A stretch of 64,000 bases of DNA, from positions 5,704,001 to 5,768,000 of the forward strand of contig OZ004612.1 in assembly GCA_963924565.1 (NCBI GenBank), written 5' to 3'. Position 1 is the first letter of the stretch; the number at the start of each line of letters is the position of its first letter. Of the stretch, positions 26,301-38,488 are shown piece after piece. Under the pieces are notes generated by a model, which ran no database searches, had not been told where the DNA came from, and saw only the letters and a list, made by a program, of their open reading frames with translations. The translations under genes were made by a program, and so were the position numbers. This stretch comes from Ascidiella aspersa (taxonomy: Eukaryota).

Positions 26301-29300
26301 AACCTTGTGCATATCACGGCCCATTGTTCTAATGAGATAGACCTCACAACTCAAGCATCTGTGTTTCTTTTGCAGTGGCTTAGGATACATTGTTGGTTCG
26401 GGAGCAGCACAAGGCTTTGGATCATGGCACTGGGCACTCAGGGTAAGTCGACTAAAATCAACCTAGAATTTAAAACTGGTGTGTGGATGATAAGCGTTTG
26501 TTTTAGTATCTGAGGAACTTGTTTTGATGTGCTGTTATGAGTGTTTATTTTTATTTTTTTCTTAAGAAGTAAAAACGATTACAATTTTATTCAAATTTTT
26601 ATAGCAATCTGCCTGGGCCTTTTTTCGTTCATCGGTCAAGATACTTTGCGGAGCCGAAACGACTTGTGTTATTCAAGTTGTGTTCCTATTTAAAAAAAAA
26701 TATGTAAAATTGTTCTTTATCTTTATTTATGCATGAATATTGGTTTACGGAAAGTAAAGGAATTACAAACCTTAAAAATTTAATTTATAAACTTCTGAAA
26801 TTCAACAAGAAACAGTTTTAAAGTTTTTTTTTTATTGTCTAAAACAAATTTGGAAATACTCCATTTAATTATAGTAAGAAAATCAACATCACGTCATGTT
26901 GGAAATTAATAAAGAGGTGTTCGAAACGTTCAAAATGACACCTTCTGTATGGGCTTTGATATTCTTACTACGTCTTACTACAACTCTAACCAATATGCTC
27001 CAAAGTTTTAAATCACTTTCTCCTAAACCGCTCCACTCAATCAAATAACCGGAGGTTCTGTTGCCCAGGTAACGCCTGGTCTCGGCGTGATCACCATGAT
27101 CCTTATGATGGTGATCATCCCGAATCCGAGAAGAGGCGCTTCCGAGATCAAAGAGCGACCGGTCGTCCTTGAAGTGGCTGAACCCAAGGTCACTTACCTC
27201 AATGACCTCGTGTACATCATCAAGAAGTAAGTTTGATTGACTAAAGGAGTAAGTTTGATTGACTCCCACTTTGATTGACTAAAGGCTTGTTTGCAAGTTT
27301 GCTTAATTTACCTCCGTTGTTTCCTTAAAGGCCTTCTAGCTGTACAGCCCCTATGTGTTTGGCAAAATAAGATATAATAGGTTTGCATTCGGCTCTGGTT
27401 GATTTTTTTATATTTTTGTTGAAGTGGGCTTGAAGTGTGGTTTACAGGGTTTGACCACGAAAACGAGAAAACCATAACATGATAATGGCATTTAAAATGT
27501 TTCCCACTGTATTTTGTTTTCTTTTATTCAAACTAATATAGATCGACGTTAAAAATAGAAATTCACGCAACCAGAAGATTTAACAACGTTTATTTTACTA
27601 TATTTGAAAGAAAAATATCACTTTTCCTAATGCTTCTATGTTAACTTAAACTTGCTGCTTTTTAAATTTAACAACAGGCCTTTAATTCGTAGACCAAACC
27701 TCGAAAAAAACGTTCTTAATTTGAAACACAACCACAGAACTCTGCTCGTTGTGATGTAACAAGCGCCCAAATAACTCTTGTTGTTTTTTAAACCTCGCAG
27801 CAAGAGCTTCATCCTGGTTACGATCGCATTCACCTGCATGGCTTTCGTGGTTGGATCGCTGACCATCTGGGGCCCGATATACGTGGCCTACTCACAAGTG
27901 GCCACCGGCGCCCTGGCCCCTTGTACCGACGACGCCTGCGAATATGGAAAGTAAGTTACTCGGTTTCAATAAAGCAGCTGAAATTTAATTGTTTTTTTTT
28001 TAAACTGAAACGGTTTAGTAAGTTTTTAGTGTACGGTTTGTGTGATCATAATGTAAGAGGCCATCATTTATAGAAGCGTTATTACAAGCACTTGTCAGCG
28101 AAAATGTCCCTTTTCACAAACTTTTTACCCTTTTTTCTCCAGGCGTTTTTACGAATAGATAACATGGCAACTCTTAGGTCTTTAATTGGCGTTTTTGGGT
28201 CAAATATACTGATAATAGCGTATTATTTTTGTTATTTGTCACGGGAATAAATTCTCTATAGTTTTACCACTTACGGTCCTAATTTTAAAGCCTCGCAAGG
28301 CGACGTATTTTAAAACTAATCTTTAGTTTTCCTGACCAACGCGACCTCGCCCCGACTTATTCGCTCACTCCGCCACCTAGCGAGTTTTGCACAGTCCAAA
28401 GTAGCACTTGCCAAAATCCAAAGAGTATAAGGGCTTCCCTATAGGAGCTTACTGTTGGGCCCTACTCTATATAACTGACCCTTTAACTTGTCGTTTTGCT
28501 TCGACAGCGTTTCCTTCATCTTCGGCCTGGTCACTTGCCTTGCTGGTTTCTTGGGCGTCGTGATTGGGGCGGAGAGCGCAAAGTACTGGAAGGATAAGGG
28601 GAGAAAGGACGCCGATGCCCTGGTGTGCGCAATAGGTGAGTTTTGATGGAGAGCTTTTCTTGCAACTTCGAAACCTCAAGTTCGATATAACAGTAGAAGC
28701 TTGTATATATTGATGAAAGTTTCTTACTACAAAATAAATAAAAAATACAAATAAATACAGTAACCAGGCATGTAGAAAATTAGTTGTAACCAGGCATGTA
28801 GAGAAATAAGCTCATATATAAAAAGGGCTTTGGCTAATATTTAGAACTTAAATTTATTATATTTTCGCCGTTAATGTTGCCCAACATAAGCGACTTCTTT
28901 TATTACGAAAAATGTTTAAATATGCTTTTGCTATTTATATTTTTCGCCCAATTGCAATATCATTGCCCTTATAAAGATTCCCTGTATAGGTTGATCGAAA
29001 CGTCGATATATTGCAAGCAGAACATTTTACAAATGATGTCCCTATATTTGAGTGAAACAAATTTCTGGATAGTTTCTTAAAGATAGGTATACTACTCAGC
29101 TTAGCACACGGGTTTGCACGGGAATTGTCATGAAAGTACCCTTTTTCAATACTCATTGATTTTTGATGGTTTGTTTCTTCACAGGTTTGATTCTTGCCGC
29201 ACCCCTTCTGCTCATGGGATTTCAATTCGCTGAAGTTAATCTTCCCTTATCGTGGGTAAGTTCGGCTGCAATATGTGACATTACAATAAACTGCATACCT

Positions 29301-32300
29301 GTATAATAAACTGTATATAATTCAACCTGTTTGCTAAATTTGTAATTTTGTATTAAGATTTCGCTTGTTATGCTTTGAATTTTAAAACGCTTAATATTCA
29401 ATTTTTTTCTATTTTTCTGCAGTCGTGTATTTTCTTCGCGGACACCGCCATGTGCTTAACTTGGACACTAGTGGGCGACATGACCATGGTAAGATATTGA
29501 GTAAATCCCTGAAAATTTATTTGTATCAATATAAGTAAGAAGAGCTTCTCATTGCAGAAAATCTTAAGCAGTTAGCCATGCTTCTTATAATTTGTTTTTT
29601 CACCATTGTGTTCAACAACGAGTTCATTTTTTAAAGCAATGTTTTAGGGGGCGTTTTTTACCCTTTTCACGTGTTTGTTTTACCCACGATTAAATTATTT
29701 GCCCTAATAAAGGCACAATAGCTGGCTGCAAAAATCCTCTACACGAAACCTAGTTTTAAAAATCCAACCTTTAAATGAGTAGCTCGTAAATATAACAGAA
29801 CACGGTAAAAATAATTTAACTGTTTAAATGATGCCGACGTGCGTGACAACACAATACCCATTGTCATTTAGTACGTAACGATGCCGAGCCGACGGTCGAC
29901 CGCCAATGCAGTCCAGATCCTCACAATGCACTTGTTCGGCGACGCTGGAAGTCCCTACTTGCTTGGAGTGGTGAGTTTGAACTAGTTTTGCATTCATAAA
30001 ATTGTTGGCTGTCTTACTGGGTCAATTTGCAGGCTCAACCATGTGCAAGCGTTGGCTCGAATCTCATTTTTGAACACACGGTGTTCTGTGTCCTGTTAAT
30101 ATTGCCAAGTCAGACGGGTGAAGAAATAACTTACGCTTTAAATGCATAGATTTTTGGATATTTTACTCTGAAAGTTATAGTTTCTCACCCAAATTTTATG
30201 AACGAAATCTGATGCCGCTGCATGAGTGCTTAATTTTAAAGCTCTAAATACTGTTGCTTTTTAAAATATTTAAAGAACAATTTCAGTTAAATGCGATTCA
30301 TTTTCTGTAGCCTTACAATATTCAAGCATTATAAAAAATATGCAAAAAGCATAACGTAACGCTCGGTTTAAGCGCCAAACTATCCTTTTCCTGTCGTTTA
30401 TTCTTTACTTTTTTCCGCCTAGCTCTCGCGACAATTAAAGTTAAAGAAGCTGTGGCAATACCTTTATATCGAGACCTCATTCGGTAGGAATATCAAAGCT
30501 CACATACAAGTATGTGCAAATTTTTGCACTGATTTATGGCGTTCTCACCATGTTGAAAATGAATAAAGCGTTAAAAAACGTACCCAAAATGTCTCCTACT
30601 TATGGGCTTAGATATTCCTACCCTGGGCTTAGATATTCCTACCAAGTCCCAACTAAACCTCCAACCATTATCCTCGAAAACCTTCTACTACGTTGGCAAA
30701 ATTTTACCACTTTGTTATTCTCCCAACTAAAACCTCCAACCATTACGTTCAAAAACCTTCATATCCTTGAATTGTTTTAACCTTTTTTCTCTCCTCACAG
30801 CTTTCCGATTCTCTGATCGCCAACATGGACAACAGCTTCTACAGCAAGTACATCGGTCTGCAGCGAGCAATGTACGTAACGCTCTTCGCCGCCATCCTGG
30901 GAGGCGGTTTCTTCCTCATGGCTGCCCTCTACATCGTCTCCGACAAGAAGAAGGTCGACGACCAGCTGGCAGGTGCGTGACGTCACTGCTCGTGACCTAA
31001 TCGTATTTTTGTTCTAGAAATTTCGATAGTCCAAATGTGCCCCGATTCGAAGTTAGGGGTGTTATTGTTGTCTAAGAAAAGTGATGGTTTGAAGTTTTAA
31101 AAGAATGTTTTTATTGCCTTACTATAGCATGAAAAAACAAAAAAAAAATACATAAAATAATAGAACAAAATAAAACTTTGGTCTTAGGCGGTAAACAGGC
31201 TTAGAGAGTGCCGCAGTAAAACTGAATTTCAGGCCGTTATTTGGTCTTTTTTGCTATGCACCTTCAAATCGGTTGGATTTCTTACCTCTAACTAATGAAA
31301 TTGAGGACTGTTTCTTAAGCGGTCATGCACTCTAGTCTAAAAAATAAGAAAGTCATTAAAGCATTTTGTGTGAAGTGAGTTAGTGTAACGTCTTTTGAAG
31401 TACCCTTGGTAGATTCTTAGTGTATGCTTGTTTCACACGACGCCACCCCTTTTTTTCCACCATTCTTTTCCCAATTGACACGAGTAAAAAAAAATCGGGC
31501 CGTGTACATTAAAAGAGGCCATGTACAAAAAAACCAATGGGTGCAGAGGTCTTGCGTTTTTAAGTCACAAACCTGTGGCAAGCGTACATTCTTATTCGTC
31601 AGGCGTCGTCCCATCTCGTCGTAAAGCCTCCTTTGATCGGGACGGGGTTGAGTTTGTTCTCATCAGCATGGAATCCGTCGTATGACGTCATCTTTCTTTC
31701 TTCTCTTCTACTTCTCCCTTCCGCTTCCAGAACTTTCTCGCAAAACTGTTTTTTTTTGCCACGAATCCTTAAAAGGATGTTTCTTCGCTTTTAAGTAAAA
31801 AAAATGCAGTAGAACTGTAAATCACTGTGATTTTTCTTTTTCTTTTTAACTTTTTCTTATTTCGCTTTACTTTTTTCTTGAAATGCAAAATAAACTTTAC
31901 TCTTGTTGTGACGTCATCGCTGTGTTGAGTGAGGCCAGGCGGCGCCGTGACGTCATTGTGACGTCATCCAAGGTAATCTTTGTGGTCTTGCCGAGAAGTG
32001 TTTTGTGCAGTTTAAAGTGTGAATGATTCTTCTGCAACGTCCAAAAAATCATCTGACTTTGATTTTTTTTCGGGTATTTGATCAAATTTAATGCTTGATT
32101 CTTGCTTTGTAGAGTCTGATTAAATGACACTGTTCGTAAAAAATACACGCATTGCTTCCTCATTTCACTGGCCAGCTTGCGCAAGTTTTCGCAGCACACG
32201 ATTGTAGCAAAACAATTCAATAAAAAAATAAGGCCAACATCTTTAATGAAAACCTTTGAAATTCCTTACTACGTCACAATCTGTATCATAAAGTGACGTC

Positions 32301-33311
32301 ATATTCTTGAATACAAGGCTGGTACTTTGTTGTTTTGCATTGCTTTTGTAGTGTTGTTAAACGGAATGTGTTCTACTGCGGAATATTGAAGTGCTTGAAC
32401 ATTGGGAATTTATGCGTTTGTTTGCTCCTTTCTAAGACTATTTGCAACTAATGGATTGCAGTTGGTGTTATTTTTACATTGTGACTAAAAAACCTAAACA
32501 CACAGCTTTGAAAAGTCTTTGAATCTTTTTTATACAATTGTGCGGCAACTCTGCATCAAAGCATGTCGCGAACATTTTATTAGCAGATTGCAAAGCAAAG
32601 AAGCTCTTTTAAGACGGCGTCTTTACAAAGTTTGATCCGGCTGGCTGTTTGTGTTTAAACAGTTTAAAAACTAAAATTATTAAAGCGTTCAAATTATGCT
32701 ATCCTCACTTCAAACTGAGATTTAATATCGACCTGCTTCTTACTTTTTAAATTGTTTACTTAATACTTAACTTAAAGAAAAGCTTTTAATATTACAGCAT
32801 TGATATTCACGCTTAAATAAATTGGCCACTTTCCGTGCCACGGCCAATCCACTTTTGAAAATTAACGCTCACCGCTCACCTTTGCTTTTCAGGCAAGTCG
32901 CCGACTGAGAGCACGTCTTCCGACACAAACAGCACACCGCTGAGCACCGACGCCGAATGCTACAGCCGCGCCGAGCTGGACACCTGCCCCTACCCCACAA
33001 TCAACGGCGCCGAGGGGGACACCTTTCTGCGGCGCGACAGTCGCGCAGAATCCGAGGACTACGACAACTACCTGTCGGTGTCGCCCCTCGAGAAGGAGCA
33101 GGCGGCTCAGCGGCAAAACGAGGCTCGAATCCCCGCGGAAAAGCCGATCGTCGTCGTTGTGCAAGAACAGCGGGAAACGAAGTCGAAGCGGCTTACGGTC
33201 GAAGTTGGCTGCACCGGGGAACCGGGTTCGGGTCCCAATTCGAGCCATAGCAGCATTTCGAACGGTTCCGATATTGCGCTGCTGGTCGACGGGAGCGAAA
33301 GCGTTGTGTGA
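5105..33311 (+). CDS. SPNS1: Spinster-family MFS transporter (SPNS1-like), 5'-partial, spliced: join(5105..5310,10212..10363,26376..26442,27069..27226,27801..27950,28508..28635,29185..29255,29423..29488,29872..29970,30801..30972,32893..33311)
   Basis: All junctions are GT-AG and phase-consistent (1688 nt plus 1 nt from the upstream exon = 563 codons including stop). Spinster motifs present: [73 protein letters not shown]. No NYMDR (TM1) exon was found in 1-5104. Orthology to SPNS1 versus SPNS2/3 is not resolved. Confidence 0.93.
5533..5574 (+). ncRNA. Minimal type I hammerhead ribozyme motif (second family), sense
   Basis: AUUAA-CUGAAGA-U-GAUAC-aagcuc-GUAAC-GAAAC-GUC-UUAAU: 5-bp stem I, one mismatch in stem II, GUC site, predicted cut after 5569. 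Confidence 0.72.
9399..9706. mobile_element. hAT-type MITE (308 bp)
   Basis: TIR CAGGGATGTCCAAC...GTTGGACATCCCTG, perfect 8-bp TSD ATCTAACC (9391-9398 and 9707-9714), subterminal TGCGGCCC repeats. Confidence 0.92.
10212..10363 (+). CDS. SPNS1: Spinster exon ([19 protein letters not shown]...AIPIG)
   Basis: ttccag|CAA ... GGAAG|gtgagt. Confidence 0.95.
12686..12754 (+). promoter_or_regulatory. Intronic promoter-like module: CLEAR/E-box, GC-box, TATA
   Basis: GTCACGTGAC 12686-12695, GGGCGTGG 12705-12712, TATAAATA 12747-12754 within a CpG-rich island. Confidence 0.55.
13156..13412. mobile_element. Foldback MITE with 8-bp TSD (GG termini; Merlin/Mutator-like, superfamily uncertain)
   Basis: Near whole-length palindrome GGCGCTCCTTC...GAAGGAGCGCC; TSD CGATTTTC at 13148-13155 and 13413-13420. 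Confidence 0.85.
26005..26205. repeat. Inverted pair of a third hammerhead-family element (degenerate cores at 26050-26086 minus and 26125-26160 plus)
   Basis: Arms are imperfect reverse complements; the plus copy reads ttgac-CTGATGA-agtacggttgtcc-GAAAGC-gtcaa. Confidence 0.7.
26376..26442 (+). CDS. SPNS1: Spinster exon (SGLGYIVGS...WHWALR)
   Basis: ttgcag|T ... AGG|gtaagt; phase matches the previous exon (AG+T=Ser). Confidence 0.95.
26896..27008 (+). repeat. Unclassified ~115-bp dispersed repeat (representative copy)
   Basis: Consensus about ATGTTGAAAATGAATAAAGAGGTATTCGAAACGTTCAAAATGATACCTACTTCTGTATGGGCTTTGATATTCTTACTACGTC; other copies near 12832, 17785, 30550, 47601, 47720, 50950(-), 51097, 53152, 59557, 62995(-), 63142. 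Confidence 0.85.
27069..27226 (+). CDS. SPNS1: Spinster exon (VTPGLGV...LVYIIK)
   Basis: cccag|GTA ... AAGAA|gtaagt. Confidence 0.93.
27801..27950 (+). CDS. SPNS1: Spinster exon (NKSFILVT...CTDDACEYG)
   Basis: cgcag|C ... GGAAA|gtaagt. Confidence 0.93.
28508..28635 (+). CDS. SPNS1: Spinster exon ([13 protein letters not shown]...ADALVCAI)
   Basis: gacag|C ... ATAG|gtgagt. Confidence 0.93.
29185..29255 (+). CDS. SPNS1: Spinster exon (GLILAAPLL...PLSW)
   Basis: cacag|GT ... TGG|gtaagt. Confidence 0.9.
29423..29488 (+). CDS. SPNS1: Spinster exon ([10 protein letters not shown]...GDMTM)
   Basis: ctgcag|TCG ... ATG|gtaaga. Confidence 0.9.
29872..29970 (+). CDS. SPNS1: Spinster exon ([11 protein letters not shown]...[14 protein letters not shown])
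   Basis: tttag|TAC ... GTG|gtgagt. Confidence 0.95.
30801..30972 (+). CDS. SPNS1: Spinster exon (LSDSL...last TM...KKVDDQLA)
   Basis: cacag|CTT ... GCAG|gtgcgt. Confidence 0.92.
31603..31685 (+). CDS. SPNS1: Putative alternative terminal exon, short C-tail (G)[26 protein letters not shown]
   Basis: ttcgtcag|GC acceptor in the same phase 1 as the donor at 30972; open to TGA at 31683-31685; ends in the same ESVV as the distal terminal exon. Confidence 0.7.
32893..33311 (+). CDS. SPNS1: Spinster terminal exon, long C-tail (GKSPTES...[14 protein letters not shown])
   Basis: ttttcag|GC phase 1; GC-rich open frame continuous with track ORF 33078..33311. Confidence 0.88.
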
Positions 33312-34453
33312 CGTCATTGATCACGTGTTTTCCGTTTTGTTTTCGCACCTCAGACACAAAAAATTTATTCTGACGGAATGATCGAATATTTGCTCGCTCC
33401 TTTGGAAAAATTCGGATCACTGTAAAATCTCGACGCGATTAAAGGCCGGTCTCGCTGTTTTGCGATCGATCGACGGTCGGCAAATTATTTTCAAAATCTT
33501 TTTTGCGTGCTTTTGTACTCATGTTTAAGCCGTGCGATTTCTGTTCTACCAAATTTTCTTTGAAAAAACGCTAAAGCGTTAATTTCTGCTAAAATGCCTG
33601 AATTATAAAAACGCATACAAATGCAAAAGACTGGTTAAAAGTTTTTTTTTTAACATTTTTAAAGGCCGTCTTGTTACACCGTGGTGGGTTTGAGGCGGCA
33701 TAAGCTTTTTCGTCGATTTTCTTAAAAGTTCATTAAAAGCTGTTAATTGTGATTTTTATTTCTGCCGAAGCCATTCAGTTATTTGACATTTGTGCTCCAT
33801 CCGTATCGAAACTAAAATATATTCTATTTATTCTTTTTCCCTTTTCATTCGAAAATTCTTTTTTGCTACCTTATAGCCTCTAAGGCTGCTGTTTTTTGAC
33901 CAACACGCGTACGAATGTGCTTGAACTTTCTGATATGTGCTTACATACGCCGAACAGAATATTGCAAACTTTTTAATTTATCGTGCTGTGAAGCTTTTTT
34001 TTTTGGGGGGGGGGTAATTTTTGGGCTCCTATGGCTGTCGTATCTCGATTTTTCGTGTGTCTGACGTAGTAGCTGTAAGTGTCGTTTAAACAAGGTGTCT
34101 GATTGGTGCAGCAACCGCAGTACGTTGTAGACGCACAATGCCATTTCATGGTGCCACAAATAGTTAAAACCGAATGTTTATCAGTTAACTTTTAACAGCA
34201 AGGCTTTTAGGCAACTTTTTTGCGTGGTTTGCAGCGCATTTTTTCCACCTTCTTGATTTCCTAGTTACATTACATTGCTCAGTGCTAACAAGTAAGCTGT
34301 GGCTTTCAAAAATCACTCAATGCAATTTTTCACATCGTATTGTTTCGCCACTGTTTTTGTGCCCGGAGCTAATCAAAATCAACCCGCGTTTCTCCAACTT
34401 ATTCACTCGCTCTTTGACAAATGAGTTAAGCGATTATATCAGTCGTTATAGCA

Positions 34454-34781
34454 CAGGGTTCTTAAAACTGGGGTCCACGGACCCCTCGGGGGTACGTAAA
34501 CTAGTTTTAGGGGGTCAATAAAGACCTAATTGAAATATTAGGGTATACTTGTGAAGTAACAAGGTTTTTCAAAGTTTTTTTCCAAATAAAAATAAAACGG
34601 ATATGCACTGAATGTATTTAGACTCCATTTCACTTTCACATTTTTTCACCGTAATCAGCAGGTTTACGAAGTGTATTTGTATTGTGACGTCAATTTATGA
34701 CGTCATTTTTGAATTTTTTGTGGACAAGCGAAGTCGAAAAAAATTTAGAGGTTGGCGTTAAAAAAAGTTTAAGAACCCCTG
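34454..34781. mobile_element. hAT-type MITE (328 bp) downstream of the spinster stop codon
   Basis: TIR CAGGG(G)TTCTTAAA; 8-bp TSD TTATAGCA at 34446-34453 and 34782-34789. Confidence 0.9.
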
Positions 34782-36863
34782 TTATAGCACAATACTAGTG
34801 CTTGTTCCACTTCGCATTATATCCGTACGGTATGTTACCTGGTAAGACCTATGCACCACCAGTCCACCACCGCCGTGTTATAGTCTTTTCTGCGCAAAAT
34901 TTCCGATGCAAAATCGATATCGACGCCCATTGTACGGCGTTTTTTTTTCTCCAAAATTACTTCTTTCTTTTTCGTAGGATTCCTGTAAGCCGTCATTTTA
35001 ATGTTGTTTGTGTGCCAATAATGGTTAGGGGGGCTTGCGTTAAAACTTGAATGAGCTAATCTATTTTCTGGGATTTTTTTTTCAAGTGTATCATCTCTGG
35101 GTCAAGGTCAAATCTTCGGGCTTCAAGGTCACTCGCCTCAAACCGTTGTCAAATTGCTGTGCTTGTCGTATCACTCGCCCCTTTTTGGCTTTTTTCTCTT
35201 TTTGGTTGTAGTGCGTCTCGTAAATTATTATAATCGTAGAGAAAACACGTTTTCTATGTCTGAATCAGAAAGCAGTAGTTAATAACTTATGTGGTGAATG
35301 CCAGTTAGCTTTTGTATAATAAAACTTGAAAAGATTTCAAAAAAAAAACAAAAAAAACAAACATAAGTATTTGAAAGATTTCAATTAAGAAGAATGGCAG
35401 TAAACCAAGTTATTTTAACATAAACATAACATTTTTAGAAAACGTAGTTGTTTTAACTTAAACCTTTTTTAGGCAAGAGCCAAGAAGGCAGGGTTAATCA
35501 TAATCGAAATAAAGCGTTGTTCGTATCCTGGGAGTAAGTTAATAACCCCAAAGAGGTAATTTGCCATTTTTTGTGCATATCTTTAAAAAGATTCATATGC
35601 TATCTCTGAAATCAAAATAAAAAAAAAGTTCAGTCTTCTGATTTGTTTGTATCAGGTAATCCAATATTCAGATAATTTCAGTGTTGTTTATTCGCTAATT
35701 GACAGCACGTATAACTTTAAATCTTTTAAAAACCTTCAATATTTTTGCGGAGAGAATAAATACAAAGTATAAAAGCAAACACAAGAGAAAGGCAATTAAT
35801 ACAGTACAACAGGAATCCGGTTCGGAAAAAAAAGATGCCGCTAGGTAGAAGTAGAGAAAGATAGTCATTACAAGATACACCAGAAAATATGTGTAGGCTG
35901 AAATTATCCTAAACAAAAGGGTAATTAAGTTGCTCGCAAATATTCGTTTACCTGCCATACAAACGAAAAGTGCTTAATCAGTACAACAGACCTCCAAGAG
36001 TCTACTCCGTCACCAATTGACTATTTAAAAAGTGGAAATAAAATAAAAGTATCTTTTCCGGGTGTTGCAATCTTGTCTCTTTAGTATCAAATAACTTAAA
36101 ATGATTTTCAACAAATCTTGCATTGCACAAAAAAAGTTTACTATGTAATCTAGAGAAAAACAGTGCAGCACATAAATGAAACTTGGCCCACTTTAAACAA
36201 ACCGCTTGCTGTTTTGAATTTGAACCACATTTGCTTTAATTAAAAATGATGTTTTATTAAGTAAAAAAAAATCGCCTGTGACGTCACAATTAGAAGCTTC
36301 TGGAATCTAGACAACAATTTAACTTTTACTGTATTTGACAAGTCAACCACTCTTAAAAGGAATTCAACGTGCAAAGATTCTGAGAGACTCGTTTTCCGTC
36401 TAAATTGTTAATTAGGCATCTGGTCAAAAGAGGTCTAGGCAATCAGGTGAATTGCTTTAGGTGCAGGCAATCATGAAGTCATGCATTCGTGTGAAAAATA
36501 CTTCTGCATGTCAGACAGGTTCACAAGTAGAAGCAACTGCAAGCAGGGAAATAAGAAGAATAGTCCAGAAAAAAATGTGAGTAAAGATATGGAATGCACG
36601 TTTTAATAATTTGCTTTTCATTAACTGCTGTGAACTATCAATTATAAAATTGTTCATTACATTAAAAATGTAGGCTACTTACAACATACAATAAATTTCA
36701 TACCAACTTACTTTGTTTTTTTATGTAATAAAGACGCAACTATTCCAGAATACGACGATTCCAACAATGCTAGAACATGGTTAGAAGATGAAATTGAAAT
36801 CCGAGGAAGATTGCCAATTAAAAAATTCAGTAAGAGTTAGTTATTATATATTTCTTTATATTG

Positions 36864-37540
36864 GGCGCTGGTCAAGAATCTTAGCCTACTACATTTTTTA
36901 CAGTTACGAATGGTAAAGTAACGAAACAAGTTGTCAAAATTGCAATGGCAAGGGAGAAATAAAATGAGAAACTAACTATAATAATAATAACAATACTTGA
37001 CCCATCCAACCCAAAACGCTTCCCCACATCCGAACCCAATTTTGCAATGCTGTAAACGAAAAAAACATGTTATTCTCGCCCGTGTTTGGGATATCTTAAA
37101 ATATCTCCTTAATTAAGTGGCTTTATCATATATGCAAAAACATTTACGATAGAAGCGATTTTACGAATGCCGCTTCTTCTTTTTTTCTTTTTGTGATTGT
37201 TTAATCGCACAAGACATGCCTGTAATGACTTCCAATAAATTTGTATAAAGTGCACTTACGTCACTATTTACAAATGACTTGGATTGAAATAAAGTGATTT
37301 TTATTTTTATTTTTGAGTTATTGATCATAATTCCCCAGCCAGGGCAGCGTTCACATATTTATTAAATCAACGCACATTATTTGGTTTAGGGTGTGGATTA
37401 GCGTTTGGGGCTGGGTGGGTCCAGTATTATTGTATTTATTCTCCCAGTTTGTAATTTCAATTTTGAGGCTGGTTTCGTTACTGTACTTATTAAGGGGCAT
37501 AACGGTACATTGTAAACATGTGACAGAATTCTTGGCTAGG
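36864..37540. mobile_element. Older foldback element related to 13156-13412
   Basis: Inverted arms (gtaacgaaac/gtttcgttac, gggagaaataaa/tttattctccc, acttgacccatcc/ggtgggtccagt) share internal motifs with the 13.2-kb element; ends degenerate. Confidence 0.6.
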
Positions 37541-38350
37541 ATTTGAGCAGTATCTGTGGAACTTGAATCGATACCTACCCGGCATTTGTAAAAGAATATT
37601 CAGTTTTTTTCCAATTTTTCTTTTCCGCCGTCAGATCTGTGAAATTTTGCAAGACTGTGTGGTCATAAACGATTTTTGCCTTTGAAATGTAAAACAGTAA
37701 CATAAAAATGTCTGCTGACAATTTATTTTTGAACGAGATTGACGGTTTTGCCTCGAAATTGAGAGAAGCTATTTCTTCGACTTTTTTTACACGGTGGCTT
37801 TTTTTCTTTAATGAACAAAGTTGCTTCCACCTGACTACGCCACTCATTAATGCGTATAAACCATACCATTACCCGTTATCTAAAAGATAATGCGCAATAT
37901 GAATAAGTTAATTACCTAAATTAATAAACACCCCATTGCACACTAAGAAATATATGAAAGTGTGCTGACAGCTTAAAAAGCACGGCTTTATGAAGTAAAT
38001 TTACCATTGTAAATAACTACTTGGGTGGAATAAAATATGTTGTGTACAAACCCATATATTTTAAAACGACTGCATATAACAACAGACATGGCTATCTCTT
38101 CAACTTTACTCTTGGCTACAAGCTTATTCATCTGTCGAGCTAAAATACACATCACAAATGAGTTTTTCTTCAGTTTCATAAACGTAGAAAAGCACGTATT
38201 TATCACAAAATTTAAACTGTAGACGTTGATCGTGAGACATAAAAAAAACGTGCACTCATAGGAAGAATAAAAAATGCAATAACGGGAGTGCAAACAAGGC
38301 AACACAATAATACTAAGTGAAACATAAAAACGCGCTCTTTTATTCTAGAC

Positions 38351-38488
38351 CAATCGTTCCCAACCTGGCTGCTATGTAATGCTTAAAAGTAAACGTTTAT
38401 TTTGTTAAGCTTGTCCATACTGTAGCTATGTGTTCGACTGGGGTGCAATTAGTCAAAAATATTTTACTATTAAGGTTGGGAACCATTG
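38351..38488. mobile_element. Short hAT-type MITE remnant
   Basis: TIR CAATCGTTCCCAACCT...AGGTTGGGAACCATTG; TSD only partly conserved (ttctagac/ttctgcag). Confidence 0.7.

Noticed and set aside
32889-33317. 142-aa antisense ORF
   Set aside because: Shadow of the GC-rich spinster terminal exon
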